DNA from: Candidatus Nitrospinota bacterium M3_3B_026
GTDB lineage: Bacteria; Nitrospinota_A; UBA7883; JBPRGF01
Assembly (NCBI GenBank): GCA_051418015.1
Contig: JBPRGF010000023.1
Span: 224,001-288,000 of the forward strand
Length of the DNA: 64,000 nucleotides
Reading direction: 5' to 3'
Numbering within the stretch: position 1 is the stretch's first letter; the number at the start of each line of letters is the position of its first letter. The notes below the pieces were generated by a model, which was not told where the DNA came from, did not search any database, and saw only the letters and a list, made by a program, of their open reading frames with translations. The position numbers and the translations under genes were made by a program. Positions 46,476-56,308 of the stretch are shown here, in pieces.

Positions 46476-47162
46476 TTGAGCGCGTTGAAAAAGTATTTGA
46501 ACACGTACGTGGCGCCTTTCCTCGCCGCCGCCTTCATATACGCCATCAGCAAAACGCTCAAAATCCACGAGGTGGGAAAGGAGACGGAAAAAAAACTTAC
46601 CGAGCGGGGGGAGACGATCATATACGTCTTCTGGCACGGCAGGCTCTTTTTCTGCCCCCACTATTACAGGATACGCGGCCTCCGTCCGGCCGCCGACTAC
46701 CAGATACTCGCAAGCCCCAGCGCGGACGGCGAGGTGGTCGCAAGGACGTTGAAGCTTTTCGGATACAGCGTGGTACGCGGCTCGTCGTATAAAAGCGCCC
46801 GTAAAAGTCTCATGGAGTTAAAGCGCGCCGTGGAGCGGGGGCTGCCGGCGGCCCTGATCGGCGACGGCTCCCGCGGGCCGATATACAAGCTGCAGCCGGG
46901 CTCGCTGATGCTGTCCAAGCTCACCGGCTGTCCGGTGCTGCCCTTCACTATGTCCTTCTCGTCATACTGGACGCTGAAAAGCTGGGACAGGATGATGATC
47001 CCAAAACCCTTCTCGAAAGCCGTCGTCATCTACGGCGAACCCGTCCGCGTCCGCCGGGACGCGGACTCCGCCGCCCTCGAGAAAACGCGCGCCGAGCTGG
47101 AGGCGGCCATGCGCTCCATGACGGAGAGGGCGGACTCGTATTTCGAAAAGGAGACGCCATGA
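46476..47162 (+). CDS. DUF374 / lysophospholipid acyltransferase-family protein
   Basis: FWHGR, SPSADGE, VRGSS, DGSRGP and SWDRMMIPKPF. This family is typically found next to waaA. Confidence 0.85.
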   Translation: MSALKKYLNTYVAPFLAAAFIYAISKTLKIHEVGKETEKKLTERGETIIYVFWHGRLFFCPHYYRIRGLRPAADYQILASPSADGEVVARTLKLFGYSVVRGSSYKSARKSLMELKRAVERGLPAALIGDGSRGPIYKLQPGSLMLSKLTGCPVLPFTMSFSSYWTLKSWDRMMIPKPFSKAVVIYGEPVRVRRDADSAALEKTRAELEAAMRSMTERADSYFEKETP

Positions 47163-48430
47163 CCGGCGCGCTCTACGGCCTCGCGTCCCGCGCGGGGTAC
47201 GCCCTCGCCTCGCCGTACATCGCCTGGCGGTTGTTGACGCGTCCCGAATACCGGGAAAATTTTCGGCAAAGGCTGGGGCTTGGGTTGCCGCGGTATGAGC
47301 GGAGAACCATCTGGATCCACGCCGTATCGGTGGGCGAGGCGGCGGCGGCGGAGCCTGTCGCAAGGCATATAAAGGCCCGCGCCCCCCAGGTCAATATAGT
47401 CCTCACCGTCACGACTCCTTCAGGAAGAGGCGTGGCGGAAAAGAAGCTGTCCGCGATCGCGGATATCCACTATTTCCCCTATGACCTGCCCGGCGCGGCG
47501 CGGAGGGCGGCGCGGGCCTTCAACCCCGGGCTCTTTTTCATGATCGACACGGAGATATGGCCCGGCGTCATCGCCGCCGTCCGGGAGCATGGCGGCGCCG
47601 TGGCCATCGTCAACGGCAGAATTTCAGACAGGTCGTATCCGCGCTACAGGCGGATGAGATGGTTTTTCCGGGACGTGCTCTCCAACGTTGACCTTTTTCT
47701 CATGAGAACGAGGGCGGACGCGGACAGGATCATCGATATCGGCGCGGATCCTGGGCGGGTGGAGGTGGGGGGCGACCTGAAGTTCGACGGCATGGCGGAA
47801 GAGACGGCGGACCGGGCGGCCTTGAGAAAATCGCTCGGCCTTGGCGAGGATGAGAAGGTCGTCCTGCTCGGCAGCGTCCACGAGGGGGAGGAGGCGGCCA
47901 TCGCCGCGGCCGTCGAGGCCATCGAAAGGGCGGGCGCGGGAAGGCTGGTGATAGCGCCAAGGAGGATAGAAGACATCGGCTGGATAGAACACGCCCTGCA
48001 AGGCTCCGGGCTGCGCGCCGTCCGCAAAACCTCCATGCCGCCCGCGCCGGAGCCGGACGGGGCCGCCGTCCCGGTCATCGACACTTTCGGCGAGCTCAAA
48101 AAGCTATACGCGGCGGCGGACGTTGTCTTCGTGGGGGGCAGCCTGATAGACCACGGCGGGCAGAACCCATTGGAGCCGGCCGCCGCCGGGGTCGCGCCGG
48201 TCTTCGGCCCGTCGATGAGCAACTTCCGCGGCGCGGCCTCGGCCCTGCTGGAAGCGGGTGGGGCTTTCCAGGCGGCTTCGGGGGCGAAGCTTTCCGAAAG
48301 GCTCGCCGATTTGCTGAAAGACGGGGACAAACGGCGGCGGGCCGGGGAGGCGGCAAGGGAAGTGGTGGAAAGAAACCGGGGCGTGGCGGCGAAGGCGGCG
48401 GAGCGGTTGATCGCCCTGTACAGAGGCTGA
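47159..48430 (+). CDS. waaA: 3-deoxy-D-manno-octulosonic acid (Kdo) transferase
   Basis: IWIHAVSVGE, TEIWP, VNGRISDRS, GDLKFD and FVGGSL..HGGQNPLEPA. Confidence 0.95.
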   Translation: MTGALYGLASRAGYALASPYIAWRLLTRPEYRENFRQRLGLGLPRYERRTIWIHAVSVGEAAAAEPVARHIKARAPQVNIVLTVTTPSGRGVAEKKLSAIADIHYFPYDLPGAARRAARAFNPGLFFMIDTEIWPGVIAAVREHGGAVAIVNGRISDRSYPRYRRMRWFFRDVLSNVDLFLMRTRADADRIIDIGADPGRVEVGGDLKFDGMAEETADRAALRKSLGLGEDEKVVLLGSVHEGEEAAIAAAVEAIERAGAGRLVIAPRRIEDIGWIEHALQGSGLRAVRKTSMPPAPEPDGAAVPVIDTFGELKKLYAAADVVFVGGSLIDHGGQNPLEPAAAGVAPVFGPSMSNFRGAASALLEAGGAFQAASGAKLSERLADLLKDGDKRRRAGEAAREVVERNRGVAAKAAERLIALYRG

Positions 48431-49416
48431 TGGACGCGCGGCGGATCGCGGAATTCGCGGAAAGGGCCACAGGCGCCAGGGCGCTGAAGGCCGTCCCCCT
48501 GGCGGGGGACGCCTCGGCGAGGAGATACTTCCGTGTCTTTTTCGAGGACGGCGGCTCCGTCGTCGTCATGGCCGCGCCTGACGAGGAATCCGCCGCGGCC
48601 TTTTCGGAGATGACGGGGCTGATGCGGCGTCTCGGCGCGGACACTCCTTCCATCCTCGGCGCGCAAGGGGCGCTGCTCGCGCTGGAAGACCTCGGCGACA
48701 AGCTGCTGCAACGGGCCGCGGCGGAGATGGGCGAAGATGAGCTGATGGCCGTCTACAGGAGGGTCATAGACGATCTCGCGGCCTTTCAGGACAACGCCGC
48801 CGGGACGATGGACCGGCGCCATCCATGCTTTCGCCTGGCCTTCGACGAGGAAAAGCTGATGTGGGAAGCGGGGTTCACCGGAGAACACTTCCTTCGAGGG
48901 TATCTCGGCGCGAGGCTTTCCGCCGAGGATGAGTCGGCGCTCGATGCGGAATGGAGGCATGTGGCCAGCAAGCTCGCCGAGAGGATGGAGACGCTCGCGC
49001 ATCGGGACTTTCACTCAAGGAACATAATGCTCAAAGAGGAGCGGCTCGTGTGGATCGACTACCAGGACGCCCGGATGGGCAGACGGCTTTACGACCTGGC
49101 CTCGCTGCTTTACGACCCATACGTGGAGCTTGGCCGGGAGGCGAGGGGGGCGCTGGCGGATTACTATTACCGGAAGCTTTCAGACAAGGACGCGGCGCCG
49201 TGGGGGCGCGGCGAATTCTCCCTGCTGCTGGATTTCTCCGCCGCACAGAGGATATATAAAGCCCTTGGGACCTACGGCTACCAGTCCTCCGTCATGGGCT
49301 CAAGGGTTTACGAAGAGTACATTCCCCGCGCGTCGCGGACGCTGATGGAGATTCTGGAGACAGTCCCCGCTCTCGCGCCGCTTCACCGGCTTTTGCGCGG
49401 TCTTTTGCCGTCCTGA
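48430..49416 (+). CDS. Aminoglycoside phosphotransferase-family kinase, AmgK-like (anomeric MurNAc/GlcNAc kinase)
   Basis: LAGDASARRYFR, LEDLGD, HRDFHSRNIM, IDYQDA..G...YDLASLL and QR..KALG. Confidence 0.85.
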   Translation: MDARRIAEFAERATGARALKAVPLAGDASARRYFRVFFEDGGSVVVMAAPDEESAAAFSEMTGLMRRLGADTPSILGAQGALLALEDLGDKLLQRAAAEMGEDELMAVYRRVIDDLAAFQDNAAGTMDRRHPCFRLAFDEEKLMWEAGFTGEHFLRGYLGARLSAEDESALDAEWRHVASKLAERMETLAHRDFHSRNIMLKEERLVWIDYQDARMGRRLYDLASLLYDPYVELGREARGALADYYYRKLSDKDAAPWGRGEFSLLLDFSAAQRIYKALGTYGYQSSVMGSRVYEEYIPRASRTLMEILETVPALAPLHRLLRGLLPS

Positions 49417-50261
49417 GCCTTTTTTTCCGCCACCACCCTGTTGTCCGTCAGCCTTTTGCCGCCGACTCTCGCCGCCGCGTAGATGAGGGTTTTCCCACCG
49501 CGGACGTCCTCCCGCAGCGTGTCCGCGTCCACCACGGCGGCGTGTTCGACGTTTGCGAGAGGCTCCGACTCGATCATGGCGGCGAGGTCTTCGGAGAGTT
49601 TTTTCCTGTCCCCCTCGCCCTTCCTTATCCTGCGCTCTATCTCCTTCAGCGAGTTCGGTATGACGAGCGCGGCCTTTCGCTCCTCCTTTGAAAGCTGGCT
49701 GTTCCTCGACGACAGGGCAAGGCCGTCCCTGGCCCGCCTCGTCGGGACGGCGACGATCTTCACGGGGAAGTTGAGGTCTTCGGTCATTCTCCTGATTATG
49801 GCCAGCTGGTGCGGGTCCTTCATCCCCAAATAGGCCCTGTCCGGCTGGACGATGTTGAAAAGCTTCGCCACCACAGTTGTCACGGCGCGGTAACTCCACC
49901 TTATGGAAGCGCCCTCCAGCCTGTCCACGAGGGCCTTGACCTCCACCACGGTGTCGAAATTCTCCGGGTACATGTTCTGCGCTCTTGGGGAGAAAAGGTA
50001 GTCCACCCGCCGCTTCCTGAGGATGGAGATGTCCCGCTCGATGTCCCTTGGGTACTCACGATACGCCTTCGCCCGGAACTGTGGCGGGTTGACGAATATG
50101 GAGACGACGACGATATCGTTCTCCTTTTTCGCCCGCTGGATGAGCGCCTCGTGCCCCTCGTGCAGGCATCCCAGGGTGGGGACAAGCCCGATGGAGTTCC
50201 CCAGGATCCTCTCCCGCCTCGCGTCGATGTTCATCGCGGCTGGCTTTGTCTGGATTATCAT
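49383..50261 (-). CDS. panC: Pantoate--beta-alanine ligase homolog (divergent)
   Basis: PTLGCLHEGH, SIFVNP.QF, KLFNIVQPD and DGLALSSRN are present; several substrate-pocket motifs are altered. Confidence 0.75.
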   Translation of the reverse strand: MIIQTKPAAMNIDARRERILGNSIGLVPTLGCLHEGHEALIQRAKKENDIVVVSIFVNPPQFRAKAYREYPRDIERDISILRKRRVDYLFSPRAQNMYPENFDTVVEVKALVDRLEGASIRWSYRAVTTVVAKLFNIVQPDRAYLGMKDPHQLAIIRRMTEDLNFPVKIVAVPTRRARDGLALSSRNSQLSKEERKAALVIPNSLKEIERRIRKGEGDRKKLSEDLAAMIESEPLANVEHAAVVDADTLREDVRGGKTLIYAAARVGGKRLTDNRVVAEKKAQDGKRPRKSR

Positions 50262-50381
50262 CCTTCCCTCTTGATGAATCCGCTACAGACCGAGATGATA
50301 ATCCGGCCGGGAGGACGGGGCAAGCCCGGGCTCCCGGCGCGTTTTGACGAACTCTAAAAACTTGTATAATACGCGGACTGA

Positions 50382-51017
50382 ATGATCATGGCAGCGGGTG
50401 TTTTGATGTCGAGCATGGCGAAACCGGCCTTCCGGGTGTCTTTTCTTTTCGCGGCGGCGCTGCTCGCCGCGGCGGCCTCGATGGACGCCCGTCCCTCCGC
50501 GGCGGCCTCCGCGAAATTTTCGAAGACGCTGGCCGCGGCGCGAAAAGGCGACCCGGCGGCCCAGAACCGGCTCGGTTACATGTACGCCAAGGGTAAAGGC
50601 GTCCGGCAGGACTGGGGCGAAGCCATGAAATGGGTCAAAAAATCCGCCGCCGCAGGATACGCCAAGGCACTGTTCAACATCGGGTACATGACAGCTCTCG
50701 GCAAGGGGACGAAGAAAGACCCGGCGGCGGCGGTGGAACATTTCAAAAAGGCGGACGCCAAGGGTCTCGCGTCGGCGGGGTATTACCTCGGCCTCATGTA
50801 CGCCAAAGGAGAAGGGGTCAAAAAGGACCTCGGCGAAGCGGCGAAATGGTTTTTGAAAGCGGCGAAGGGCGGCCACGCGGCGGCGAGTCTCAACGCCGGC
50901 TTCATGTACTACGGCGGCCATGGGCTGAAGCGGGACAAAAAAGAGGCCGCGAAATGGCTCAGAAAAGCGGCTGAAGGCGGCCATCCGCTGGCGAGGCCCG
51001 CGCTGGACCTCATGTGA
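50382..51017 (+). CDS. Sel1-repeat protein
   Basis: Four roughly 36-aa repeats of the form A...LG.MYA.G.GV..D..EA.KW..KAA..G, plus a signal peptide. Confidence 0.92.
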   Translation: MIMAAGVLMSSMAKPAFRVSFLFAAALLAAAASMDARPSAAASAKFSKTLAAARKGDPAAQNRLGYMYAKGKGVRQDWGEAMKWVKKSAAAGYAKALFNIGYMTALGKGTKKDPAAAVEHFKKADAKGLASAGYYLGLMYAKGEGVKKDLGEAAKWFLKAAKGGHAAASLNAGFMYYGGHGLKRDKKEAAKWLRKAAEGGHPLARPALDLM

Positions 51018-51104
51018 CTTTTTCAGACACCGGCTCTCCCTAACGGGCCATGCCGGCCCCTGCGGCTTGAGGCGCGGCCGGCGCAGGTATGTTAAATTGT
51101 ATTG

Positions 51105-51809
51105 ATGGGAACGGATATATCATCGCTTATACAAACCATCTCGGTGATGGCGCTGCCGGTCATACTGGCGGTGGTGCTGCACGAGGTGGCCCACGGTTAC
51201 GTGGCATGGAAGAAAGGGGACGACACCGCCCGGCGCATGGGCAGACTGACCCTGAACCCTATCGCGCACATTGACCCTTTCGGGACGGTGCTGCTGCCGA
51301 TCCTCTTCTATTACACCACCGGTTTTCTCTTCGCCTACGCCAAGCCCGTGCCGGTGAACTTTTTCAACCTGCGCGACCCGAAAAAAGACATGGTGTGGGT
51401 CGCCGCCGCTGGGCCGGCCACGAACATCGTCCTGGCGGTGATATCGGCGCTTTTGCTGAAAGCGGTTGGCTGGATCAGCCCGGGGGCGCTGGCGGAGGTA
51501 TACTCAAGCTTCATGGGCCGCGCCTCGGGGAGCAATCACCCCGTCTTCGTGCCGATAATATACATGCTCTACTTCTCCGTGGGGCTGAACGTCATTCTGG
51601 CGGTCATAAACCTGATACCCGTCCCGCCCGCCGACGGGGGGCGCATCGCGGTGGGGCTTCTGCCGGACGAGCAGGCGCGGGCCTATTCGAAGATAGAGCC
51701 CTACGGGCTGTTCATCCTCATCTTCGTCTTGCTTTTCAACGACTACCACCACATACTTGACTGGACCATACGCCCGCTGATCGGGGCAATACTGGGGATA
51801 CTGCTTTGA
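51105..51809 (+). CDS. Site-2 protease family (M50) membrane metalloprotease
   Basis: LHEVAHG, TLNPIAHIDP, AAAGPATN and NLIPVPPADG. Confidence 0.93.
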   Translation: MGTDISSLIQTISVMALPVILAVVLHEVAHGYVAWKKGDDTARRMGRLTLNPIAHIDPFGTVLLPILFYYTTGFLFAYAKPVPVNFFNLRDPKKDMVWVAAAGPATNIVLAVISALLLKAVGWISPGALAEVYSSFMGRASGSNHPVFVPIIYMLYFSVGLNVILAVINLIPVPPADGGRIAVGLLPDEQARAYSKIEPYGLFILIFVLLFNDYHHILDWTIRPLIGAILGILL

Positions 51810-51826
51810 CGAGAAGACGGCCTGAC

Positions 51827-52855
51827 GTGACCAGAAAAAAAGTCCTGTCCGGGATGCAGACGACGGGCAAGCTCCACCTTGGCAACCTCCTCGGAGCCCT
51901 GGACAACTGGGTCCGCCTCCAGGACGAGTATGATTGTTACTACTTCGCGGCGGACTGGCACGCCCTCTCCGCCAACTACGCGGACACGGAGGAGCTGAAG
52001 GAGAACCTCATCGACCTGGGGGTCAACTGGCTGGCCGCGGGGCTGGAGCCGGAAAGGAGCGTCCTTTTCATCCAGTCGCTCATCCACGAGCACGCGGTCT
52101 TGAGCCTCCTGTTCTCCATGATAACCCCCATCCCCTGGCTCGAGCGCGTGCCGAGCTACAAGGAGAAGATGGAGCAGGTGGAAAACAGGGACCTTCACAC
52201 CTACGGCTTCCTTGGCTACCCCGTCCTGCAGGCGGCGGACATCGTATTGTACAAGGCCGACTTCGTGCCGGTGGGAATCGACCAGGCGCCGCACCTTGAG
52301 CTCACCCGGGAGATCGTCCGCAGGTTCCACGACATATACGGCCGGAAGGTTTTTGTCGAGCCGCGGGCGCTGATGAGCGAGGTGCCGAAGCTGCCGGGGC
52401 TGGACGGGCGCAAGATGAGCAAGTCCTACAACAACGCCATATACCTTTCGGACACAAAGGAGGAGATGGCGGCGAAAATAAAGGACATCATCACCGACCC
52501 GGCGAGGATACGAAAGACCGATCCCGGCGACCCTGAAAAGTGCGTCGCATGGTCATTCCACAAGGTTTTTTCATCGCCGGAGGAAAACGCCCTGACGGAA
52601 AAGGAGTGCAAAACCGCCGCCAGGGGGTGCGTCGCCTGCAAGAACATCCTGGCCGAGAACGTCTTCAAAAGGATAGGCCCCCTGCTCGAAAAGCGGGAGC
52701 GCTGGGGCGCGCGGAAAAAGGACGTCCTGGACATCCTGCTTGAGGGCACGGAAAAGGCCCGCGCGATCGCCAGGGAGACCCTCGCCGAAGCCGAGGCGGC
52801 GGTGAAAATCGACATCGTGAGTCTTGCGGAAAAAGCCGGGTTGAAGGCAAAATAA
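51827..52855 (+). CDS. trpS: Tryptophan--tRNA ligase
   Basis: HLGN (HIGH motif), GYPVLQAADI, VPVGIDQ and KMSKS. GTG 51827 chosen as start. Confidence 0.97.
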   Translation: MTRKKVLSGMQTTGKLHLGNLLGALDNWVRLQDEYDCYYFAADWHALSANYADTEELKENLIDLGVNWLAAGLEPERSVLFIQSLIHEHAVLSLLFSMITPIPWLERVPSYKEKMEQVENRDLHTYGFLGYPVLQAADIVLYKADFVPVGIDQAPHLELTREIVRRFHDIYGRKVFVEPRALMSEVPKLPGLDGRKMSKSYNNAIYLSDTKEEMAAKIKDIITDPARIRKTDPGDPEKCVAWSFHKVFSSPEENALTEKECKTAARGCVACKNILAENVFKRIGPLLEKRERWGARKKDVLDILLEGTEKARAIARETLAEAEAAVKIDIVSLAEKAGLKAK

Positions 52856-52890
52856 AATATCGCCGGACAGGCGGCGGGTTTTGCGAAAAC

Positions 52891-53433
52891 ATGGGCTGGA
52901 TCATGAGGCAAAAGACACTATCCGTGGCGGCGGGTTTTTTAATTCTGCTGGCCTGCGGGGCCGCCGCGGCCTCCGTCGATCCTGAAAGCTTTTTCGAGCC
53001 CACCTTCAACGACCTCCCCGAGGAACTGGCCATGGCCGAAAGCGAGGGCAAGCGGCTCGTGATAATGTACGAGCAGGAGGGATGCCCCTTCTGCTGGAAA
53101 ATGCGCCGGGACGTGCTGAATCGCGAGGAGGTACACGACTACTACCACCAGCGCTACAGGATCATCCAGATGGACATCAGGGGCTCGCTTTCGGTGACGG
53201 ACTTTGACGGCGAGGTCAGGACGCAGAAGGAGTTCTCGATCGGGCAGAACGTGCGCCACACGCCGGTGTTCATATTCTACGACGAGAACGGCAGGGAGCT
53301 TCACCGCCTGATAGGGTTTTACAGCAGGGAGGAGTTTTTGCTGGCGGGGGAATACGTGGAGTCCGGCGCGTACCAGGATGAGGATTTTTTTCTCTGGCTC
53401 AAGAGGCGCAAAGAGGCCGGAAACACCCGATGA
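52891..53433 (+). CDS. Periplasmic thioredoxin-fold protein, SoxW-like
   Basis: Signal peptide; DLPEEL..A..EGK...EQEGCPFC..M; cis-Pro motif VRHTP...G. An alternative start lies at 52903. Confidence 0.82.
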   Translation: MGWIMRQKTLSVAAGFLILLACGAAAASVDPESFFEPTFNDLPEELAMAESEGKRLVIMYEQEGCPFCWKMRRDVLNREEVHDYYHQRYRIIQMDIRGSLSVTDFDGEVRTQKEFSIGQNVRHTPVFIFYDENGRELHRLIGFYSREEFLLAGEYVESGAYQDEDFFLWLKRRKEAGNTR

Positions 53434-54746
53434 ACCCTTTCCGCGGCCTTGCTTTCGCGGCCGCCGTCATGATCGCGGCGGCATCCCCGGCGGCTTCGGA
53501 CGCGCCTAAGGTGAAAAGCCCCGCGGACCTTGCCTTCCTCGTGGAGTACGCCCTCGACAATAGCCCCCTGTTGAAGTCACTATCCGCGGAGGCCGAGGCC
53601 AGCGCCAGCAGGACTGAAGCGGCGAGGGAGGAATGGTATCCCAGGCTGGAGGCGGCCTTCAGCCACGCGCAGGTCAGCCCCATCGCCGACTCCGGCGCCA
53701 TCGACGAAACCTGGTGGAATGTCTCCGCCCGCCAGAGGATCCTTGATTTCGGGCGGACCTCCTCCATGGTCAAAAGCCTCAAGAGCCGCGAGCTGGCGCA
53801 GAAGCAGAGGGAAAAACGCGCCCGGCAGGCCCTGCAGGCCGAAGTGGCGAAGAGGTACTATGACTACCTGCTCGCCCTGGAGGCCGTGGACGTCTATCTG
53901 CAGACCAACGCCATAGCCTACGTCCACTGGGACAGGGACAGGGAAAAACACGGCGTCGGGCTGGTCTCAAGGCGCCAAATGGTGGAAAAAGAGCTTATAT
54001 ACAGAAGGGAAAAGCTCAACCTGACCAGCGCGGAGCAGGAAGCCGTGCTCAGGCTCAACCTTCTGCAAGAAGTCATCGGCGCGCCGGTGGGGGACTATTT
54101 CGAGGTCGAGCGCGCCCCGGAAAACCCGCCGGAGATAGACCTTCCCGGCCTTGAGGAGCTTGAGAGGGAGGCTCTCTCGAAAAGGCCCGAGATGGCCATG
54201 CTCGACGCCCGCATCGACGCCTTGCGTGCGCGGCTCGCGGCGGTGAAGTCGGAGTATTTCCCGACCGTCGAGGGCGTCGCCGAAACAGGAGACTCGTCGA
54301 GAGACCTGTTGTCGGTGAACCGCTGGAAGGTGGGGGTCGAGGCGCAGATCACCCTTTTCGACGGCTTCACCCGCGATTCGCGGATGGACGAGATCGAGGC
54401 CAGGATCCGCTCCCTGGAGTTCGACAGGGAGACACAGGCGCGGCGCGTGAGGATGGAGGTCCGGCAGGCCCACTCCAGGCTGGCCGTCGCGGAGCACAGG
54501 GTCCTTCTGGCCAAGGCGCGCATAAAAAAAGCCCAGGAAAACCTCGACTATGCCCGCTCCGAGTACGAGCTGGACCTGCTGGCGGAGCTGGGGGACGCCT
54601 TCGCCGAGTACGCCAAGGCCAGAATGTTCCAGATGAGGACAAACTTCAACCTGCGGCTCGACCTGATGACGCTGGCGCTGGCCGTGGGGGACGACCCGCT
54701 TCCGCTTGGCGTGATATCGAAACAGGAGGAGAGACAGGAAAAATGA
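53430..54746 (+). CDS. TolC-family outer-membrane efflux protein
   Basis: Two OEP repeats (ALDNSP...YPRL...QRILDFG; ALSKRPE...YFPTV...TLFDG). Confidence 0.9.
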   Translation: MNPFRGLAFAAAVMIAAASPAASDAPKVKSPADLAFLVEYALDNSPLLKSLSAEAEASASRTEAAREEWYPRLEAAFSHAQVSPIADSGAIDETWWNVSARQRILDFGRTSSMVKSLKSRELAQKQREKRARQALQAEVAKRYYDYLLALEAVDVYLQTNAIAYVHWDRDREKHGVGLVSRRQMVEKELIYRREKLNLTSAEQEAVLRLNLLQEVIGAPVGDYFEVERAPENPPEIDLPGLEELEREALSKRPEMAMLDARIDALRARLAAVKSEYFPTVEGVAETGDSSRDLLSVNRWKVGVEAQITLFDGFTRDSRMDEIEARIRSLEFDRETQARRVRMEVRQAHSRLAVAEHRVLLAKARIKKAQENLDYARSEYELDLLAELGDAFAEYAKARMFQMRTNFNLRLDLMTLALAVGDDPLPLGVISKQEERQEK

Positions 54747-55267
54747 CAGGTTTTGTCAGGATGGCCATCGCAACCGCCGTTATCTCTCACTTCGCGCCGG
54801 TCTCCGCGCTGGCGGACAGCATGACGATAGTATCCCGCGTGTCGGGCGTGGTGGAGTCCATAGAAGCGCGGGAGGGTCAATTCGTCGAGAAGGGCGCGCC
54901 GCTCGCGCGGCTGGACGACGATCTGGCCAGGATCGCGGTCCGCAAGGCGCGGGCGAGGGTCAGGGCCGCGGAGGCCAGGGAGCTGGAGACGGCCCGGCAT
55001 CTTGAAAGAGAGGAAATCATGATGAAACGCGGTCTCATCCCCCCTTCGGAGCTGGAGGATGCGCAGACAGCCGCGGCGGAGGCGGCGGGCGAGGCGGAGC
55101 TTGCCAGGGCGGCGCTGGAAGAGGCGGAGTTGAATCTGGAATACATGGTGGTCAGGGCTCCGGCGCCCGGAAAAGTCATAAAGGTCCACGCCTATTCCGG
55201 GCAGGTCATCAGGCTTGACGTGGAGCTTTCGCCCCTGTTCGAGATCACCCGCGCGCGCGAAGACTGA
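54743..55267 (+). CDS. Short periplasmic adaptor (membrane-fusion protein: lipoyl domain + alpha-hairpin only)
   Basis: SRVSGVV..I..REGQFVEKG.PL..LD, a coiled-coil hairpin, then VRAP.PGKV. Only 174 aa. Confidence 0.82.
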   Translation: MTGFVRMAIATAVISHFAPVSALADSMTIVSRVSGVVESIEAREGQFVEKGAPLARLDDDLARIAVRKARARVRAAEARELETARHLEREEIMMKRGLIPPSELEDAQTAAAEAAGEAELARAALEEAELNLEYMVVRAPAPGKVIKVHAYSGQVIRLDVELSPLFEITRARED

Positions 55268-55372
55268 CCTTCCCCGGGGCCGGGGAGCCCCTTCTTTTGC
55301 CGGAAATTTTTTAAAAACTCCGAAAGTGTCCGTAATAATCTCATTGAACAGCTACGGCCATATCAGGGAAAA

Positions 55373-56308
55373 ATGAAGTTCAAGCTTCGCATACCAAAAA
55401 GAGGATGGACGCTGATCCACCTTGCGTTGCTTTTGTGGGCGGCGTGGATAGCGGCCGGGATCGTGGACGGGATCATCTCCGGCGCCACAACCACGGCGGC
55501 GCCCCGCAGGCCCGCCGCCCCGGAAAGGAGCGTGGCGAAGGTCTCCTTCGAGCCCGCGCCGGATTACTCCTACATATTGAAAAGAAACATCTTCAACTCC
55601 TCCCAGAGTCCGGGGGAGAGCGGGAGCCTCGAGGCGCAGGGAGCGTCCCCGGACGCCCTGGACGATGGGCTTTCCCCGGAAAGCGCGCCGAAAACGCCGC
55701 TGGGCCTCAAGCTGATCGGCACCGTCACAGACCTTCTGGACGAGCTTCGCTTCGCCGTCATAGAGATCACCAAAACAGGCGAGCAGCGCCTCCTGCGGAA
55801 AAACGGCGAGATACTCGGGGCGAGGATAATACGGATCGAGCGCAACAGGGTTTTCCTGGAACGGCAGGGAACGGTGGAGGCGCTGGGGGTGGACTTCGCC
55901 GGAGAAGACAAAAGGCACGGGCAAAAGATGGCGTCGCTGACGCCCGCCGCCGGTCTCGGAGGCCCGGGCGTCCGAAAAATATCCGAGGGGGAGTTCATGA
56001 TCTCCAAGCGCTTCCTGGAGTCCAAGCTCAAGAACATGAACAGGCTTTTGACCAAGGCGCGGGCTATCCCCAACATAAACAAGGACGGCGTCACCGACGG
56101 CTTCAAGGTTTTCTCCATCAAGAAAGGCTCGATTTTCGACAAGATAGGTTTGAAAAACCACGACGTCATCAAAAGGATAAACGGCGTGGAGCTCGACTCC
56201 GCCGAGAAGGGCCTGGAGCTTTTCCAGGCCCTGCGAAACGAGACGAACTTTGAGGTGGACCTTGTCCGCAACGCAAAGAAAACGAGCATGAGGTTTACTA
56301 TCCAATGA
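55373..56308 (+). CDS. gspC: Type II secretion system protein C (with PDZ domain)
   Basis: N-terminal TM, RNIFN, HR domain LKLIGTV...FAVIE and a C-terminal PDZ (GLKNHDVIKRING). First gene of the gsp cluster. Confidence 0.9.
   Translation: MKFKLRIPKRGWTLIHLALLLWAAWIAAGIVDGIISGATTTAAPRRPAAPERSVAKVSFEPAPDYSYILKRNIFNSSQSPGESGSLEAQGASPDALDDGLSPESAPKTPLGLKLIGTVTDLLDELRFAVIEITKTGEQRLLRKNGEILGARIIRIERNRVFLERQGTVEALGVDFAGEDKRHGQKMASLTPAAGLGGPGVRKISEGEFMISKRFLESKLKNMNRLLTKARAIPNINKDGVTDGFKVFSIKKGSIFDKIGLKNHDVIKRINGVELDSAEKGLELFQALRNETNFEVDLVRNAKKTSMRFTIQ

Noticed and set aside
50550..50990. DNA-level periodicity of about 108 bp suggesting a repeat array or CRISPR
   Set aside because: It is explained by Sel1 protein repeats. 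I saw no identical direct repeats with unique spacers anywhere in the window.
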